Assembly (NCBI GenBank): GCA_013239625.1
Contig: MU053588.1
Span: 2,366,508 to 2,430,507 of the forward strand
Direction: 5' to 3'
DNA from: Lama guanicoe
Taxonomy: Eukaryota
Length of the DNA stretch: 64,000 bases
How positions within the stretch are numbered: the first letter of the stretch is position 1; every line of letters begins with the position of its first letter. This document shows, piece by piece, positions 60,410 to 64,000 of the stretch. The notes beneath the pieces were generated by a model. It was not told the origin of the DNA. It made no database searches and saw nothing but the letters and a program-made list of their open reading frames with translations. A program made the position numbers and the translations under genes.

Positions 60410-60565
60410 AACTTTTTAAAATTTTGTTTTACTTTATTACATGGTGTGGGGGATTGGTAATTAAGTTTATTTATTTATTTTTTAATGGAGGTACTGGGGA
60501 TTGAACCCAGGACCTTGTGCCTACTAAGCATGCGCTCTACCACTGAGCTATATAACCTGCTCCCC
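60410..60565 (-). mobile_element. tRNA-derived SINE (Vic-1-like, long form)
   Basis: GGTAATTAAG...GGAGGTACTGGGGATTGAACCCAGGACC...CCACTGAGCTATA. Confidence 0.85.
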
Positions 60566-61539
60566 AACTTCATTTTAAATGAGGCTTCTGTTTATTAATT
60601 TCAGAGCTTGGACAAGCTATCTTGTTATGTTGATTGCTGATATATTAAATATTTCTGTATTGGATGGTAAATCATGCTGTCTCAAGATCTGCACATTTTC
60701 CTCACCATGACCACTCCAACTGCCCTGGACCCTCCCCCTGGGGACTTCCCAGACCTCCTCACAAGGCAGCAGCAGCGAAGAAGAAGAAGAAAAAGCCTTA
60801 ATATAAGGCACAGCAATAAACCATTCTGATGGCTCAGTGCCCAAAGTACTGGTTGTTAAGTATTTTGAGTAGTTTTTGATGCAAGTAACAGAAAAGCTGA
60901 CTCAGATGGCTTAAACTGTAAAGGAAATTTGTAACTGGGAATTCCACACTTGGCTGGCTTCAGCTAAAGCTGACACAGCCGTTCAGCAATGTTACCAAGG
61001 ACCTCATTTCTTTTTATTCCTCTGCTCCATCCTTTCCAGTGGTAGCTCCCAAGAAGGCTGCCAGCAGCCTTAGAGCCACAGGGAACCTCTTTCATATGCC
61101 ACAGGTAAAGGAGAGCCCCTTTGCTTCAGATTTCCACACCAAAGTAATAAGGCTGACTCTGATTGGCAGGCTAAGGTCACATGCCCTTGCCAGAGCCAAT
61201 CACTGTGGCCTGGGGTGAACCCGAATGTACAAATTGGCTGAGTCAAGTCACATGTTCCTCACTGGTAACGCCCCTGCTGACGTCACAACCAGGGCTCAAA
61301 TCCCATTTTTATCCAATCGCTGCTCCCCGCTCTGCCCTGTTTCCCATAAAACGGAGATACTGATTAACACCTCCTAGGGTTGCTGTGAGGACTAAATGAG
61401 TTGATTTATGAAGAGCATTTGGAATGGTGCTCATATACTGAAAGCGCTCAAATGTTAGCTACTGTTATTATCGTTAGATAATTATTCTCAGCTCTCCAGG
61501 CTATAGTTCTCTGCAAGCTCTTTATTTTCTGTACTCTAC

Positions 61540-62100
61540 TCTCTTTCTAGTTACTATTGCTGGGTAGCAAATCTCTCCAAAACATGGTGGCTTAAAACAA
61601 CGACAGTCAGCCTTCTATCTCTCACCATGTCTGTGGTCAGATTTCTGGGAAGGATCCAACTGGGCAGTTTTGGCTTGGGATCTCATATGGATGTTATTAG
61701 TTGGTGGCCGAAGCTGGGACAGTGATGCAGCTGGGGGCAGGTGGACAGTTCCTTCTCCTGGTAGTCTCAGGGCTTCTCCATGTGGTCTCTCCACGTGGTC
61801 TGGTCTGGGCTTTCTCAGGTGGCCTCAGGGCAGTCAGACTTCATGCATGGCAGCTCTTCTGGTCCCTAGTGTCAGTGTTTCACACAAGAGGCAGAATCAA
61901 CCTCACTTCTTCTGATCTAACTTTGGGGATCATGCAGCATCACCTCTGTCACAATTAGTTGTAAGCAACTCAGAAGCCTGCTCAGATCCAAAGAGAGGGC
62001 ACACAAACTCTGCTTCTTAACCGGAAGGATATCAGGGTTCTAGAAAAGTCTGTGGGATGGGAAATGTTATTGCAGCCATCTTTGGCAATTACAATCTGGT
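61540..62100. mobile_element. MaLR (MLT1-like) LTR fossil
   Basis: GTGGCTTAAAACAAC...GGCTTCTCCATGTGGTCTCTCCA...CAGCCATCTTTGG. Other MLT1-like pieces at about 1-260, 20040-20450, 43410-43760 and 60870-61250. Confidence 0.55.
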
Positions 62101-63410
62101 CCCTGTAATAAATCCCACCACTGTACAATCAGTGCTCTATACGATCCACCTGGGTCACAGCCACTAAATCCCAATTCTAAATGGAAATAATTTATTGAGA
62201 AGTCTTAACTCCTTGGGATCAAAAACATGATAGTTTCCTTTTGTTTTTTAGTGACTGCACCCACCTGCTATCTGTAAATTTCCTTTTATCCTGCCGAATA
62301 AAGGCTACAGGGAACCTTAATGACAATTTCACCGGATTCTCTGTTTCTCTCAGTTTTGTTCATTTTTAAACTTGGACACTAGATAATTTCATGGGATGAT
62401 TGCTCTGGTTTCTTAGGTGTGATAATGGTGTGGTTCTGTAGGAGAATGGCCTCATTCTTAGAGGATAAGTGCTGAAGTATTTAGAAGCCAAGACTCGAGA
62501 TGGTTGGGCAAATATTCACATGTGTGCGAGGTGTGGTATTCAGAGAGAGAAGGGAAACAGCGTATGTTAACGACTGCTGATTCTGGGTGGAGGGTTATGT
62601 GGGAGTCCATTGTAGCATCTTCTCAACTTTTCCATAGATTTCCACTTTTTCATAACAAGTATTTGAGGGGAAAAAAACTTCAACCGAAACCTGATTTAAA
62701 GTTCATGGGGGAAGGAAGGTCTAGCTGCTTTTCCCGAGGACTCTGCCCTCTCATTTCCTCCCAAACAGGCTGGGACTTTCTTTCCATTCTCCACTCTTTC
62801 CTGGGGGGCATGGTAGAAGTCAGGCTAAACCTCTGTCCTCTCGATGAGTTTTTTGGGTAGGTGGATGGTTCCAATCATGGTGACCTTGAACTTAGGCTGT
62901 GGGGCAGTTGGCTGCTTTGTCCCCAACTTTAGGCCTAGTACCAATTCTGGAGGTCCTGGGAAAAATCCAATTCAGCATCCTCTTACAGAAATCTGAAAGA
63001 CAGAGATTGCAGCTGGCTCTCAGCAGCTGGCGGCTAGGATTCCTACCCTGGTGCGGTGCCTGGGGGCTCTTTGGAAATGTGTGGGATATTTAGTGATTGT
63101 CACAGTGACTTGGAAGAGGGTTGCTGTGGGTAGCTGTTCTGGAAATTTTTGATGTCAGGACCCTTTGACACTCTTAAAAATATTGAGGACCCCAAGGGGC
63201 TCTTATTTATGTGGGCTATAACTGTTGATATTTACCGTATTAGAACTTAGAGCTGATACTTTGAAAATACAAGAATCCACAAGCACACATTTCATTAGCT
63301 GGCAGAGCAATGACATCATCACATGTCATTGAGCCTCTGGAAAACTCCACTGTACACTCATGAGACAATGAGAGTGAACTAGGCAGAAAACCACCCTGGT
63401 ATTGTCATAA

Positions 63411-63494
63411 TTCTTAATGGAGATACTGGGGATTAAACCCAGGACCCCATGCATGCTAAGTGTGCGCTCTACCATTGAGCAATACCCATCCTCC
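63411..63494 (-). mobile_element. tRNA-derived SINE (Vic-1-like)
   Basis: GATACTGGGGATTAAACCCAGGACC...CTACCATTGAGC, with CCTGGTATT repeated on both flanks. Confidence 0.8.
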
Positions 63495-64000
63495 AATGAC
63501 ATCCTGGTATTATTATGAAGTCTGACTGCGCTGGTATTATTATGAAACTTGTCCACAAGTTTTAACATTGTGGACAGAAGGCCTCAGGGACTCCCAATCC
63601 CCTACAGGCCTGTGCTATTCATCACTCAACTGTAGCTGACCTGAACAGATGTACACAGAGAGGGCCTTGTCTTCAGCCACCTGTCTTCCAATGAATACAT
63701 CCCTGGGGTCTCTGGTGTCTGGGCCAGGCCCAGCCCTCTCCTCAGAGTTCCAGCCCCACATTCCAACATCTTCAGGACAAACTGACTTCTGGAGGTCAAA
63801 GTAGGTCTGTTTAGCCTGAGCCCTATGTTCAGTTACCTCTACTGAAATACCTCGTTTGGTCTCTGTCTTCTTGACAAGCCTCTGACTGACACCAAGTAGA
63901 TTTTACCTGAACTGTCAATTTCCCCCCTCATACCTGTCCTCCTCCACCCCTACAGTCTTCCCCACCTCAGGTCAGAGCTCCACCCTCCACAGAGGAACTC

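Noticed and set aside
51000..64000. Further gene such as NUMBL, the next gene in human synteny
   Set aside because: I recognised no coding exons on either strand. The region is dominated by L1, L2, MIR, LTR, DNA-transposon and SINE fragments.

Overview
Mammalian genomic DNA, probably camelid given the repeated short tRNA-derived Vic-1-like SINEs, syntenic with human 19q13.2. Three genes lie on the + strand in tandem: the 3' end of SPTBN4 (last 9 coding exons, stop at 9149), complete SHKBP1 (18 coding exons, 10462-19504, 704 aa) and complete LTBP4 (29 shared exons ending at 50758, with alternative N-termini). The last ~13 kb is repeat-rich intergenic DNA. I built all exons by hand from GT-AG junctions and reading-frame continuity. 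I found no new gene system. The most interesting structure is a third LTBP4 N-terminus: a 16-nt coding first exon, then an exon read in two frames, then an alternative acceptor that restores the frame. Other observations are an RGD in the LTBP4 hybrid domain, a 15-bp coding duplication next to the TGF-beta-binding domain, a probably false 815-N gap, an array of convergent ZNF143/THAP11-type motifs, CTCF-like sites flanking LTBP4 and an unidentified retrocopy-like insert. All comparisons to human and mouse proteins are from memory and need an alignment to confirm.
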